From: the human T2T-CHM13v2.0 reference genome, Homo sapiens
Assembly: GCF_009914755.1 (NCBI RefSeq)
Contig: NC_060926.1
DNA: 64,000 nucleotides
Strand: one strand, 5' to 3'
Numbering within the stretch: the first letter of the stretch is position 1; every line of letters starts with the position of its first letter. The position numbers and the translations under genes were made by a program. The notes beneath the pieces are model-generated. The model made no database searches. It worked only from the letters and a program-made list of their open reading frames with translations, and had not been told where the DNA came from. Positions 49,463 through 63,383 of the stretch are shown here, piece after piece.

Positions 49463-51808
49463 GTAAGAACAGCAGAAATGGACCCAATAGATCTGTTTTG
49501 AGTCCTTGATTTGGTAAAAAATGTATTGCATTGATCCATTCAGCATCTAGTTTTGATTCTTCTGGAATACTATAATTACATTTTTATTTTTCATACAAGT
49601 TTTTCAAGAAATTTACACTGCTATTTTATTACTTAATTTTGAGGAAATTGAGATTTAAAACTATTATATCACTTGACCAAAACTATAAATTCACTGAGCA
49701 ATTACTAATACTTTCCATGTGTTTGGCCTCATGCTAGGTGCTAAGGCTATACCTATATAACCTCAGAAAATTCCTATAAAAGAGAAAATATATAATCACA
49801 CAAATTCTTACTGGGAAATTTGCCTGAACATAACATGTTGTTAGCTAGCACTTGGAGATTCTCCAGAAGGCATGCATGTTTAGTGTTCTGCCTGTATTTT
49901 CTCTGTGCCCTGGACAGTACAGCAAATGGGTGAGGAACCTGGTGTCAAATGGACTTGGGTTTGCAGCACAGGTCCACCAATCACTAGTGGTATGATGTTG
50001 GGTAGGTTACTTTAGCTATTTATTACTCAGTTTCTTGCAGGAAGAGGATAATAGTGGTACCTATTTCATGGAGTTGTTATGAGTATTCAACAAGAATATG
50101 TATATAAAGCACTTATCACAGAGTCAGTTTTTCAGAGTTCAACAAATGTTGACCATTTTTATTCCATTCTTCTTTTCCTGGGTAATGTCTTATTTACCAT
50201 CAAGATAACTAATACTTTATAACATAAACATCAAGAAGCCAACATAGTGAAATGAATCATTAAAAATATAATTTATCAACCTTTATTGCATGAGCCATTT
50301 GAAATAAGATGATGATAGGATTGCTATGCATTTCAGCAAAATCCCAGAGAAATGGCACTTCCCTGGCCTTATTTTCTCCCACTTTTAACTACTTATCTTC
50401 TGTTCTTTACTGAGCACATGCTATATGCAGAGTATGCTGCTGGATGCTGTGAAGGATGAGAAGAGAAACCCATGTCTTTGTTCTATCATTTGCAGTCTTA
50501 ACAGAGCACATGATTCAAGTTACAAGTGTATAAAAGACATAAACTAAGATGAGAGCAAGTTAGTCTCAGTGTGACTGATGGAGTCACTAGATTTTGAACT
50601 GAGCTTGGAAGGATAGGTTATGCAAACAAGCATGGAAAAAGCAATTCAGAAAATGAGTTTATAACTGAATTTGATACCCTTTTCAAAAGTCTTTCAGAGC
50701 CCCTGAGGAATACATCATTTTGAATTTAATTGGAAGGGCCAAATGGGCTATTGGTTTAGCCAGAGATTCATCCTGGTAGGATCAGGTGCATTCTGGGAGA
50801 AGGCATGGTTTTAAGTGTTTAATATAATGGAAACTGCATTAACTAATGTACTTATTAATGGTCTCCATGAAAGGATGATCAGATTTGGAAAGAGATGTAT
50901 GGATAGGTTAAAGAGTATTTGTGAACGTAATAGAAATTCCCAGGTCACCCGCATAAGAGGAAGGTTTCCTTTGTGAGCTTGAGTTTGCCAATTGCTTAAG
51001 ATTGGCTTTGCTTAGATATTGCCCACAGCCAAGTTTTTCAGGTTGACATTTAACTGTAACAGTGAAACCTTTTGCCAGGTTTGCTAACAGATGGTTCTCA
51101 GCATGGTTCAGAAAACCTGGATCCGTTTTCTTCTGTATGCTAAATGTTTCTTTCATTGCATATTTACGGAGGAATTGCCTCTCCATCACAGGTGTTTACA
51201 ATTACATTTAGTAGTCAACTGTGGACTTTCTTGGTTTGTTTTATGGACTTACCTTACCGAATGCTTTGCTCGTGTAATATTAAAAACCACAAGAGGATTT
51301 CTGACACATTGGAGGTTGTTAGGAATCCAATTTCCAACAATGAATGTTTCTTTTTACACCACTATAAAAGCTTGGAGCCCTTGTTAAAAGAGCCCTCTCC
51401 CCTCAAGAAGATATGAGGCTTTATTCGAAAACTTTGGCACTGTCCCATTTTTCCTGTAAGAACTTTAAGGATGTGAGACCAGGGAGACAGGAGGTTAAAT
51501 GAGAAGGGCTGGAAGGCAAAGTAAGAACAGCTGGAGTTCATTAGCTAAAATCCAGGGTCACTAGCTAAAAAGGCAACCGAAAGGCACGTGCAGGAAAACT
51601 GAACAAGTAATGCAGCCCTCTTTAAAAAGCCTTGAAGCAGGAATTGCTTTTCCTGAACAATTTGGCTGCCCTGATGGTATAGCAGCCAAAGATTTATTAA
51701 GTATGATTTTACTACATATATGGTCTCTTTCTATACAGGTAGAATACATGTGGCAATTTACTAGTCTGGTCATTTGGAGTACTATTTTCATTTGACCTTA
51801 ACATGTGA

Positions 51809-52192
<384 letters not shown>

Positions 52193-53021
52193 TAATATTA
52201 TTCCACTATATGGTGGTGATTCAAACCAAATCTCTCTGATTCAAAAATTCATAGGCTTTCTACGCACCCACTGTAGAAATATTCATTTAGCACCTACTAT
52301 GACCAGGTACTCTGCCGAACTGCTAGATACACAGCAATACACAAAATAGATGTGTTCCCTACCACCCTCATTCCTTTGCTAATTAAGAAAAGCAGAGGCC
52401 TTCATAGTGCCTTGGAAATCTCTCATAATTGACTCTAGAATTGTATTTTAAGTGTTGATTTTTACAACTAGGAGGAAATACTTTCATTTGAATAGGCTAA
52501 TGTGTTATGTTTTTACATAGTACAACATTTCTTAGTTTTATGAAACTTTATAGCAATATCTTAATATAATGTGCATTGTTTTAAATATTTTTGTTCAAGT
52601 GGTCAACTTTTGGTTTAAACTGAGGACTTTCAGCCTGTTAATAGCATTTTTCTTAGGAAGGAGTCATATAACTAATCTTTTTTGAGGACAAGGCATATGA
52701 CATAATCTCCCCCTTCCCCTACATAATGTATATTTTTAAAACCTTTATACCAACCCTAGGAAGTAAAATGTGCTATTTTTGTTGTAGAGATAAAGAAATT
52801 CTAGCCTCAGAGAGGTTAGTTAACTTGTCTGAGGTCACAGAGATAGTAATCAGAGTTGTTAGAATCCATTTCTATTCTATTTAAAATCCCTTCTACTTTA
52901 TTATGATGAATTTGGAAATGCTTAACTAAAGTATTTATTGTTTAGCAACAGTAAAAATAAAAATAGAAATCTGTTTTTATTATACATTTTATATAAACGT
53001 TAAGGAAAATGCAGAAGAAGT

Positions 53022-54320
53022 ATTTTTTTAATCTTTAATTTTAGATTCAAGGGGTACATGTCCAGGTTTGTTACATGAGTATATTGCATGATGCTGAGGT
53101 ATCTTGTCACCCAAATAGTGAGTATAGTACCTGATAGGTAGTTTTTCAACCCGTGTCCCTCTCCCTTCCTCTCCCCTTTTGGAGTCCCTGGTGTAGTGTC
53201 TATTATTCCCATCTTATGTCTGTGTGTTCCCAATACCCCCAGTTATTAGCTTTCACTTGTAAGTGAGAACATGTGGTATTTGTTTTCTGTTCCTGGGTTA
53301 ATTCACTTAGGATAATGGCCTCCATCTGCATCCATGTTGCTGCTAAGGAAATGGTTTTTTTTTTTTTTTTTTTTTGTGGCTGCATAGTGTTTTATGGTGC
53401 CAGTGTACAAATTTTCTTTATCCAATCCACCATTGCTGGGCACCTAGGTTGAGTCCATGTCTTTGCTATTGTGAATAGTGCTGTGACGAACATAAAAGTC
53501 TAGGTGTCTTTTTGACAGAACGATTTATTTTCCTTTGGGTATATACCCAGGAATGGAATTGCTGGGTCAAATGGTAATTCTGTTTTTGGTTTTTTTGAGG
53601 CAGGAGATGGGACTCGACTCCAGAGATGGGGCTTGAACACTAAACCAAATTTAGGACTAGCCAAAACAGGGCCTGGGGGGAGGCAGCTTTCCAGAAGACA
53701 CACCCACCAGTGTGCCATGTCAGTTTACCATTGCCATGGCAACACCTGAAAGTTACCACCCTTTCCCGTAGCAACAACCTGACAACCTGGAATTACCACT
53801 CTTTTCCTAAAACTTTCTGCATAAACTGCCCCTTAATTTGCATATAACTAAAAGTGGGTATAAATATAACTGTAGAGCTACCTATGAGCTGCTACTCTGG
53901 GCACACTGCCTATGTGGCAGCCCTGCTCTGCAAGGAGAGGTACACCCGCTGCTGCTGAACACTGCTGCTTCAATAAAAGCTGCTGTCTAACACCACAGGC
54001 TCACCCTTGAATTCTTTCCTGGGTGAAGCCAAGAACCCTCCCAGGCTAAGCCCCAGTTTTGGGACTTGCCTGCCCTGCCTCACTTTGAGAAATTTCTAAA
54101 CTGTTTTCCACAGTGGCTGAACTAATTAACATTCCCACCCACAGTGTATAAGCACTCCCTTTTCTTCTCAAGCTTACCAGCATCCATTAACTTTTTACTT
54201 CTAAATAATAGCCTTTTTGACTGGTGTGAGATGGTATCTCATTGAGGTTTTGATTTGCATTTCTCTGATGATTCGTGATGTTGAGCAATTTTTTCATATG
54301 TTTGTTGGCCACTTGTGTGT
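53022..54320 (-). mobile_element. L1 (L1PB/L1MA-type) 3' end interrupted by an LTR
   Basis: ggggtacatgt..gtttgttacatg..gtaagtgagaacatgtggtatttg..gactggtgtgagatggtatctcattg; the L1 text resumes at ctttgagaaat after the LTR. Confidence 0.9.
53596..54082 (+). mobile_element. ERV1 solo LTR (MER41-family-like), sense to CDK15
   Basis: TG...CA ends; TATA 53859-53866; AATAAA 53972-53977; ttgaattctttcctgggtgaagccaagaaccctccc U5 signature. Subfamily uncertain. Confidence 0.8.
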
Positions 54321-57300
54321 CCAAAAGAAATATTTTAAAGAAAATAATACATCATGTTGTATATTCATCAATTCTGATTCTATCATTGATTCTACAGTGC
54401 CGGTAATTGCAGTGTTTAAATTAGAAACAGTCTCAGCTAAGAATCTTTTAAGATCATTCTCTAGTAGAAAAACATTACAAAGTAATGATTCCCAATCCAT
54501 ATATGAGAAAACTGAGCCAAAAATAGGCTAAGGAGCCTCCCTAAGGTCATACAATGAGGCAGGGGAGGAGGCTGATTAGAACTTCTGAATTGCCAATGAC
54601 CACAAATAGTCTAGGGTAGGCCTGGTTGACAGAAAGTCTGCCATTGAACACCATCATATCACATGACAAATACAGCAAATTCATTGTGCATAGTTACGTC
54701 TTTATAAAACAAAATAATGCCAGGATAATGGTATGTGATCAGCATTACAATTCCAAAGATACCAAGACAACTACTTATCTGACACTTGTCTTAGTATTTC
54801 TCTAACATTTATCTAAAATTATTTCAATTATTTCTTTTCTCGGAATGCATAACTTGACTCATTGACTTGATTTATGATTCTCAGATCAAAGGAAATGTAA
54901 CAACAGGGACTAGAAACACTTTTTTATTCAATGTCCAATGAGGGTTGGGGAGGACTCCATCATTGACTCATTATATAATTCCTCATAAACTCATTACAAT
55001 TGGCCTGGCTTTCATTAATTCATGAGCACTTATTGAGCACCACATGCCAGGCCTGTGCTAGTGCTGGAGATGCAAAGACAAGGGCAAGTTCAATCCATGC
55101 CCTCAATGAGTTTACAGCCTAAAGACGACTTTGACTACCAGGCCTTCATTACATAGAGCGACATCCTAGGACTTGGAGAATCAGCTTTCCTCTGGAGCCT
55201 TAAAGACATCCCTATTTACTTTTGTGTCTTTTCTTTGAAGAAAAACAAAAATAAGTATACATAGGATACATTAATAATAAAAAAACAGTATTTTATGAGA
55301 CTCAGAATGCTAATTTTAGGATCTTTGCCCTTCTCAGTTGACTTTTGTGTCCCTCAACTGTTTAGTCTGCAGGACAGATATCACATCCTGCTGTGCAGTT
55401 TATAAAATGTCCTTAAAATTAGAAGAAAGAAAGGCCTTGTCTTCCTGGGTTTAAGACCCACACATCTGAGGCTGTAGGCATTTCAGATCCCTCTGGTGGA
55501 TGGACCAAAATGATAAACAATACTGTGAGATAAATGCTTTAAACATCATCTGCTCTTTCATCTGAATTCCCTATTCATTATTCGGCAACATTCACAGTTT
55601 TCATATAACGATTTCAGTAGTTCTAGGGCACCAGAAAAGCAGTACTAGGAATGGCCATAAAGCATAGAATATTTATAATCTAATGAGGGAGACAACTAAA
55701 AGAAAGAAGGAATAAAAGCATCTTCAACAGAAACACCCTTTACCAACCAACTAGAGGTATAGAAATGATATTAGGTAATTAGTGACCACTAATTTAAAGA
55801 TAAATATTTATTGAGTGCCAGACATTGTTCCAGGCACTGAGTATATAGCAATAAGCAAAAAAAACAAAACAAAACAAAACAAAAGTGCCCACTCTCAATG
55901 GAGTTTATATTCTCAATTGTGGAGACAGACAATAAACAAATATTTATATATAAAATGTCAGATGGTGGTGACAGGCACTATGGAAAAGAATAAAGCAGGG
56001 CCCAGAGAGAGAGGGTAGGATGGGGTAGAGGTGGGATGGGGTGGAGGGCTGCTGAGGTGGGATGGAGTAGAGGGCTGCTATCTCACCTAGAATGGTCAAG
56101 GAAGTCTGCACCTATATGTATCACTTGAGCGGAGGCTCTGAAGAAAGTGAGGGAGGATGAAGGCAGAGAGGTGAGAAGAGAGGATTACAGGAAAAGACAT
56201 TGGCAAGTGTAAAATCCTGGGGTGGAAATGTGTTTGCAAGTGTGTCTAAGGAACAGCTAGGAGGCCAGTGAGGCTAAAGCCAAGTGAGCAAAGATGGGAG
56301 TGTGAGGAGATGACAGGTCACGATGGGCACAGCCAACAGTAGGGTGGGCAGGAAATCGCAAGTCCTTTGAATTTACTCTGCAGGAGATGAGAGGCCACTG
56401 GAGGGTTTGGAACCAGGAGGCACATGCCCTAACTCATTTGAGAAGGATAGCAGTGTCTGGCTGTCCTGTGAAGAAGTGGCCATAGGAGGAAAGCAGGGAA
56501 GCAGGCATTTGCAATAATTCAGCCAACATATGATAGTGGCTTGGTCCAGGGTGCTGGCAGAAGATATGGCAAGGGAGGGGTTCTGGACAATTTGGAAGGT
56601 AATGCCAATAGATTTGTATGTGATAAAAAGTTGAGAGGACTTGACGTGTACGAGTGGTTAATCTTCATAAAATGGATGAATGGTTAAAAAGATTTCCGCA
56701 AAGAAACTGTGGGTTGAAGGTAAAACTAGTAACTCCAATGTAAGTGAACAACAGAGAAATACAAAACAGACATTTTTCCTACTCCTACAAAAACTGTAAT
56801 TATCAAGAAGACGACATGAAGTTTATACCCAGTATTGTTAGCAGGAAGCCTCATTCCAAGTAGATATTTTTCCTTGGCCATTTTAGCAAGTGAGAGCATG
56901 AGGCCATCATAATGAACAAATCATGCCATCATGATTTAAAAAGAAGCATCTGGAGTTTTAGTAATATAGTTAGGTGAGACTAAAATTATACTAAACATAA
57001 AATTAAAATATCTTAACAATATTCTTAGCAATTTCAGCTTTACCATATCCTTTTGAAATCTAATTTTGCTATATGCTTTGTAACATAGGGGTGGGGGAAA
57101 GAGAGAAATTTATGAGATAATTTATAAATAAAAATACACCTAAAGTATAAGCATTCTCAACTGATGGTCAGAAAATATGGAAGGTATTCAAAACTCTAGC
57201 AGAAACATACCATAAACAAGATTTTAAGACTGAAAGTAGACGTTTAGTGGGGTTCAGGGTGAAAGGCAGGGGCAAGAAGCTGGCAAGAAGAGGGAAGGGA

Positions 57301-58558
57301 TACTAATTCTAATTTGCCTCTGTAATGCTTTACATTTACCAAGGTTCCACAAATGGTATCTGATTCCATCCTCATATCAACCCTATGAAGTAAGTCAGAA
57401 AAGACGATGTCTCTTTTCCTAAGGAATGAATTGAGACTTAGGTTGAGATACTCTCCAGAGCTTACTCAGATAGGAAGTGACAGGGCCAGGATTCATATTA
57501 GGGCTTCTGGCTCCACAGACAGTTCTCCTTAAGACTTTCAATAAATATGTTTGACAAATTAAGTGCTTACTCTCGGCTGAGTGTGGTACTAGGTGGTGTG
57601 GCAGCATCTCAAAAAGGGGGAAAGTCACTCCCTCAATTCCCATGTGGCCTTCAGTCTGAGACTAGGGAGATTAAACAGATGCCTGAGAAGCTGTTTATTA
57701 CATTTACAAAGCAACACATTTGTCAAAGTGAAATAATAAATTTAGCCCATAAGGACTCTGGGGGCAAAAAGTAAAAATTAAGGCATTAGTCATTACAGCA
57801 AATAAGGTTAACAGGTGTGATGGAGCTCCTTCGGCGTAAGTCAGCTTAAATTGACAAGTAAAGAGAGAAATTCACTGGCTCACAGATCTGATAACTACAG
57901 GCTGGTAGGGCATAAGCAATATCATCAGGAAGCCGTGTCTCTCATTACCCAACACTGGTTTGCTGTGCATTCATTTTATTCCCAGGCATGTTGTCACCAG
58001 GTGTTGGTAATCTGACCCCAGCAACTCCTGGCTAAATCCCACAGGTTTAGCTCTCACAATAGAAAAGAAAGCACTTCTTTTCTAATGGCACCAGCAAAAC
58101 AGGGCTCTGCCAAACTTGGGTTTTGTGCCTGTCTCTGAACCAATCACTAGGGATAGGGGAGTGCCGTGCTCTGATTGGCCAGCCCTGGGTCATATGCCCA
58201 TTCTTGGGTAGAGGCCGGGTCAGTTCCACCAGATGAGCATGGTCTGAGGAAGAAGACGGTTGTTTTTCCAGGGGAAAATAGAAGTGCCCCCGCTAGAAGG
58301 GAGAATGGCTGTCAGGAGGGCAAAACGACAGATTCACTAAAATAGGTTGATGCCTAAAGAAAATAATTTTATTCCTAAATTTAAGGGAGTATTTCAGTTG
58401 TTTTTAATCTTATGGAATTCTACACTGGGAGGGAGTTGGTGCAGGAGATTCATGATATGCAGGCATAGGCTACAGAATAATGCTTTGAGTTTTTATCCTT
58501 TACTTTTCCTTTCCTTTAAGCTTTAAAGACACGATTTCTTCATGCAGGGTTGCCCTGA

Positions 58559-58876
<318 letters not shown>

Positions 58877-59704
58877 TCATGGTCTCTTTATTGTACCTTT
58901 TCTAGTCTCTGCTTTCCTGAAGCCAGAGGTCTTCCTATCTCCAGAAGCTCCAAAGACACACTTTCAAACCCCTCCCAGTCACTTGGCCTTTTCTGATGAC
59001 TTCTTTCCTTCAAGGCTGCCTTTAGTAACCGATTATTGAAGAGGCAAGAGAAAGCCCTCAGCCTTCTCCACTTTCACCTCCCTGGGCTCCCCAAGTTTGG
59101 CCGACTCCTCTTTTCAAGTTCACATTTTCTCCTTTCCACAGAGGTTTGCAACATTACCTTTAAGAAATCATCTCCAGTCTCTATCACGTTTCAACAGTTC
59201 TTTACCCCATGCTTTTATCCCTGTCTCCCACCAATCATATCCACCGGCCCTATTGACCGCTTGTGGGAGTTAGAATTTTGGAGACTGGTCATATGTCACA
59301 AAGTCCTGCTCTAGAAGGCAGAACACTCCATTTCCTGCTCCTCCAAAGCCCTTTATCTCTCCAGGCCTCTCCTCCTGTAGCTCTGAAGCTGGATTGATGA
59401 GATTCCCAGAGGGGAGCATTTAGTGCTCTGAGTGCTTTGATGAAATTGATTAGGTAAATGGAAACATATTTTTTGCAACCACTCTAGCCTGTAGAAACAA
59501 TAAGTTGCAATGATTTGCCATTTTTGAAATAATGAAGGTTCTTTGTAATTTTAAATATTCTTTTGCCACAAGAGATTGTTTTCCAGCAGTAAAATAACCA
59601 GAATGTTTGATTTGAAATGTTGAAAAAATATATACCGTCTGATATCTTTAGAGCAGCACTTTCATTATCAATGATGGATTTAACATTTTGTTTAATTTTT
59701 CTAG

Positions 59705-59799
59705 CTTCTCTCCTGAAGGGTTTGAAACATGCCAATATTGTGCTCCTGCATGACATAATCCACACCAAAGAGACACTGACATTCGTTTTTGAATACATG
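59705..59799 (+). CDS. CDK15: CDK15 exon 5 (95 nt)
   Basis: tttttctag acceptor; (A)[34 protein letters not shown] subdomains III-V with Phe gatekeeper; ATG|gtgagt donor. Confidence 0.97.
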
Positions 59800-60560
59800 G
59801 TGAGTTGTTCGAGCATTTTACAACACTTGAGAAAAATAACCTGGTACTTGTATAATGAATCTGTTAATATTTTATGGCATGATAAAACTTTTATTATAAT
59901 GTGAAAAGTATCATGGAAATTTTCATTATTGTGATTAGTAGAACCTTATTGTTCCCACATCCATCTTTGGTCCTGCTTCCTTACCCATGACTTTTGCTGT
60001 CCCTTTTCCCCTCATCAGCAATAATAAATGAGGATCTTGAGTTTACCTTCTAAATAAAACTTTTGCACTTATTTTTAATCTAATTTTAATCACTATCTGA
60101 GCAGAATCCAACATTTTTTCATTGACAATAAAGGTAAAAATCACAAGATATTTAAAAATTGTATGCAAGCTTGCTAAAGAATAACTCATGTTGTATTTTT
60201 GGAAGAAAAAATATTTAAATAAGCAGAAAGAACTTATAAGGTATGTGTACTTGACTTGCCTCCAAGGACACTTGGAGAGTGAAAAATTCCTGCGTCGTTG
60301 TGTTCAGTGCCAGTCATTTAAAATGAGCATCTCTGTGCTGAGAAACAGGCTTTGTTCTAAGAGCAGCCAGTTAGAAAGACACACTGTGTTTGACCTTAAC
60401 AGTGGGTTCTCAGAAAACCTGGTTATATTCCTTTTGCACCTTATTCTTAAAATTCTGTACTTCGTGATACCTTCTGACAGTCAAGTCAATGTTCTGCTTT
60501 AGGATGCTATCTAAGCACCACTAAATTCACTCACTTCTCTTTCTCCGCTGTTTTATTTAG

Positions 60561-60623
60561 CACACAGACCTGGCCCAGTATATGTCTCAGCATCCAGGAG
60601 GGCTTCATCCTCATAATGTCAGA
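60561..60623 (+). CDS. CDK15: CDK15 exon 6 (63 nt); gene continues beyond the window
   Basis: ttttatttag acceptor; HTDLAQYMSQHPGGLHPHNVR; AGA|gtgagt donor, phase 0. Confidence 0.95.
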
Positions 60624-61406
60624 GTGAGTACGTTAAGGGTCAGGACCCTCTCCTGGCTTGCCCACAGAAGGAGAATTCTGAAACAGACTGTCTCACAAAG
60701 CAAAGTCCTATGATACTAAATAAGAGGATGGACATCACTGATATTCCAGAAAAAAGTTTTGTTTTGTTTTCGTTTTTGTTTTTTTTTAAAAAGGAAAGAA
60801 AAAAGAAAAAGAGTTGCTGAGTTGCTTCTTAAGATATGGAGCAATGTTTTCTGAGCAACCTAATGCTGTCAGTCATGGCTACATGCAAATGTGCCTTTAG
60901 ATGAATAAACGAGTGAAGGAGAATTATACTAAAAGGAAAAAAGTAAAGCTAGGCCATCAAAAAATAAATACCTTCTTCATATCAGATTACTGTGGTCTAA
61001 GGTGAAGTCTGCAATACTTGTACTAGCAGATCCTATTATATATGTGGCCCTAACTCCCATTTTTCCAGTCATTAGAATCAAAATAATAAACTCTTAATTA
61101 GCTATAATTCTACATCTGTTATAAATTTTAGAAACCATTTATATTTCATACTTTTCATTCCCTAAGGTTTTATTGGCATTAATTAATTGATTGGCTCTTA
61201 AAATAACCGTATGAAATTTGTATATGATGTATTTATTCATTTAACTAATATTTATTTATGTATTCATTTATTCATTCATTTAAGAAATATTTATTGAGTA
61301 CTTATTGCGTAATAAGTTCTGGGGTTTCAATAATGAATAAGTTCTGTTTCTTATTTTCAATGAGCTTAAAGTCCAGTAAGATATATGAACTTAAATAGGC
61401 AGTGAG

Positions 61407-62252
61407 GGCCAGTCTTCAAGCAACAGCAATGCAAGATGGCAGCCACCATGGGCTCAGGCAATTTATGAAAGCCAAATATACAGCCTTAAAATAGAATGTG
61501 GACCTAAATACCCAGAAGAACTCCCCTTTGTAAGATTTGTAACAAAAATTAATATGAGTAGAGTTAATAGTTCTAATGGAATGGTGAACCCAAGAGCCAT
61601 ATCAGCGCTAGCAAAATGGCAGAATTCATATATCATCAAAGTTATCCTTCAAGAGCTTCAGCGCCTAATGATGTCTAAAGAAAATGTGAAACGCCCTCAG
61701 CCATCTGAAGGACAGTGTTACAGCAATTGATCAAAAAGAAAAACCACAGGCCCTTCCCCTTCCCCCATACTTGATGTAAGCAGTCTTCATTTTCCATAGT
61801 AGTAAATTTTCTAGATACAGCTTGTAGAGCTCAAAGTACTGGAAAGAAAGCTCCCATTCAAAGGAAATTTATCTTAAGATACTGTAAATGATACTAATTT
61901 TTGTACATTTGGAATATATAAGTTGTTAGCCTGGCGCGGTGGCTCACGCCTGTAATCCCAGCCCTTTGGGAGGCCAGAGTGGGCAGATCATGAGGTCAGG
62001 AGTTTGAGACCAGCCTAGCCAACATGGTGAAACCCCGTCTCTACTAAAGATACAAAAAATTAGCCAGGTGTGGTGGCGCACACCTGTAACCCCAGCTGCT
62101 CGAGAGAGTGAGGCAGGAGAATTGCTTGAACCCAGGAGGCAGAGGTGCAGCGAGCAAAGATCACACCAATGCACTGTAGCCTGGATGACAGGGCAAGACT
62201 CCAACTCAAAAAAAAAAAAAAAAAAGAAATATGTAAGTTGTGCTATAACAAA
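61407..62252 (+). pseudogene. UBE2V1: UBE2V1 (UEV1) processed pseudogene
   Basis: ATG at 61436 reads MAATMGS; 61458-61730 reads [90 protein letters not shown]; intronless with 3'UTR; 15-bp TSD taaataggcagtgag at 61392-61406 and 62253-62267. Confidence 0.93.
61928..62225 (+). mobile_element. AluS inserted into the UBE2V1 retrocopy 3'UTR
   Basis: Own TSD aatat(a/g)taagttgt at 61913-61926 and 62228-62241. Confidence 0.93.
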
Positions 62253-63072
62253 TAAATAGGCAGTGAGAAGCAAAGTGCTAAAGCCTATGACCATGGTAAC
62301 TAGGAATACTGTGGGAACACATAATAAGGGAACCTAACCCAGTCCTGGAAGTAAGGTTTTGGAAAGGAATGTTTGAGGACAAAGGGTTAAAGAGAGTGAA
62401 AAAAAAAATTAAAATACCAGTTAGCTGTGTGGAGAATGGGATAGGGAGCTAACTAGAGAAATCAAATAGGAATGTTTCATGGTATGTTAAGGACCCTGGT
62501 AAGGGTGAAGACCATTACATTATCTGCACCATCGCGGGACTTTTTTTTTATGGTAATGCTTGGCAATTTAAATAGAGGAGCAGAGAATGTAGACAGTTGG
62601 ATTGAGTCAGAGTTGAAGTTCTGCCAGACATGTGAAAGGAAGAGACAGGTAGGCAAGAGAGTTGAAGAGATTATCAAGACAGAAGTTAATGTGCTGGCCA
62701 GTGGCATCTAGTCTGAGTCTAATCTGAGGGAAGGAAGTGAAGATAAGCAGCTTGCTGATAGTTATGAAGAGAGTGGAAGGCTTCAAGGACCTACAGGTGT
62801 TGATTAAATAGAAGAATGATTGGAGAAAGAATAACTGTGAGAGAGTGAGATTTTCAGGCTTGAGTGACTCTCACATACCAGACACTGTGCTAAATGCTTC
62901 AAAGACATGATCCCTGCCCTCAAGGGACTTACAGCCAAAAACAAGAGATAAGAAATACACACCAATACTATTATAGGACACTTGTGTAGAATATCAAGAA
63001 AGAAATACGATCTAGTACTGTAGATGTGCAACGGCATCAAAGATATCTTCTAGTTTCAAGAAGTTTCAGATC

Positions 63073-63352
63073 GGCCGGGCGCGGTGGCTCACGCCTGTAA
63101 TCCCAGCACTTTGGGAGGCCGAGGCGGGTGGATCACAAGGTCAGGAGATCAAGACCATCCTGGTTAACACGGTGAAACCCCGTCTCTACTAAAAATATAA
63201 AAAATTAGCCAGGCGTGGTGGCGGGCGCCTGTAGTCCCAGCTACTCAGGAGGCTGAGGCAGGAGAATGGCGTGAACCCGGGAGGTAGAGTTTGCGTGAGC
63301 CGAGATCGCGCCACTGCGCTCCAGCCTGGGCGACAGAGTGAGACTGCGTCTC

Positions 63353-63378
<26 letters not shown>
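63073..63378 (+). mobile_element. AluY element
   Basis: AluY diagnostics, long poly-A, TSD aagtttcagatc. Confidence 0.95.

Positions 63379-63383
<5 letters not shown>

Noticed and set aside
59617-59904. 95-aa ORF containing [12 protein letters not shown], and similarly ORFs 4022-4219 and 43569-43763
   Set aside because: True exons read through into introns; only the spliced parts are coding.
61713-61725. cagtgttacagc resembling the U7 snRNA 5' end
   Set aside because: It encodes QCYS of the UBE2V1 retrocopy; no Sm site or 3' hairpin follows.
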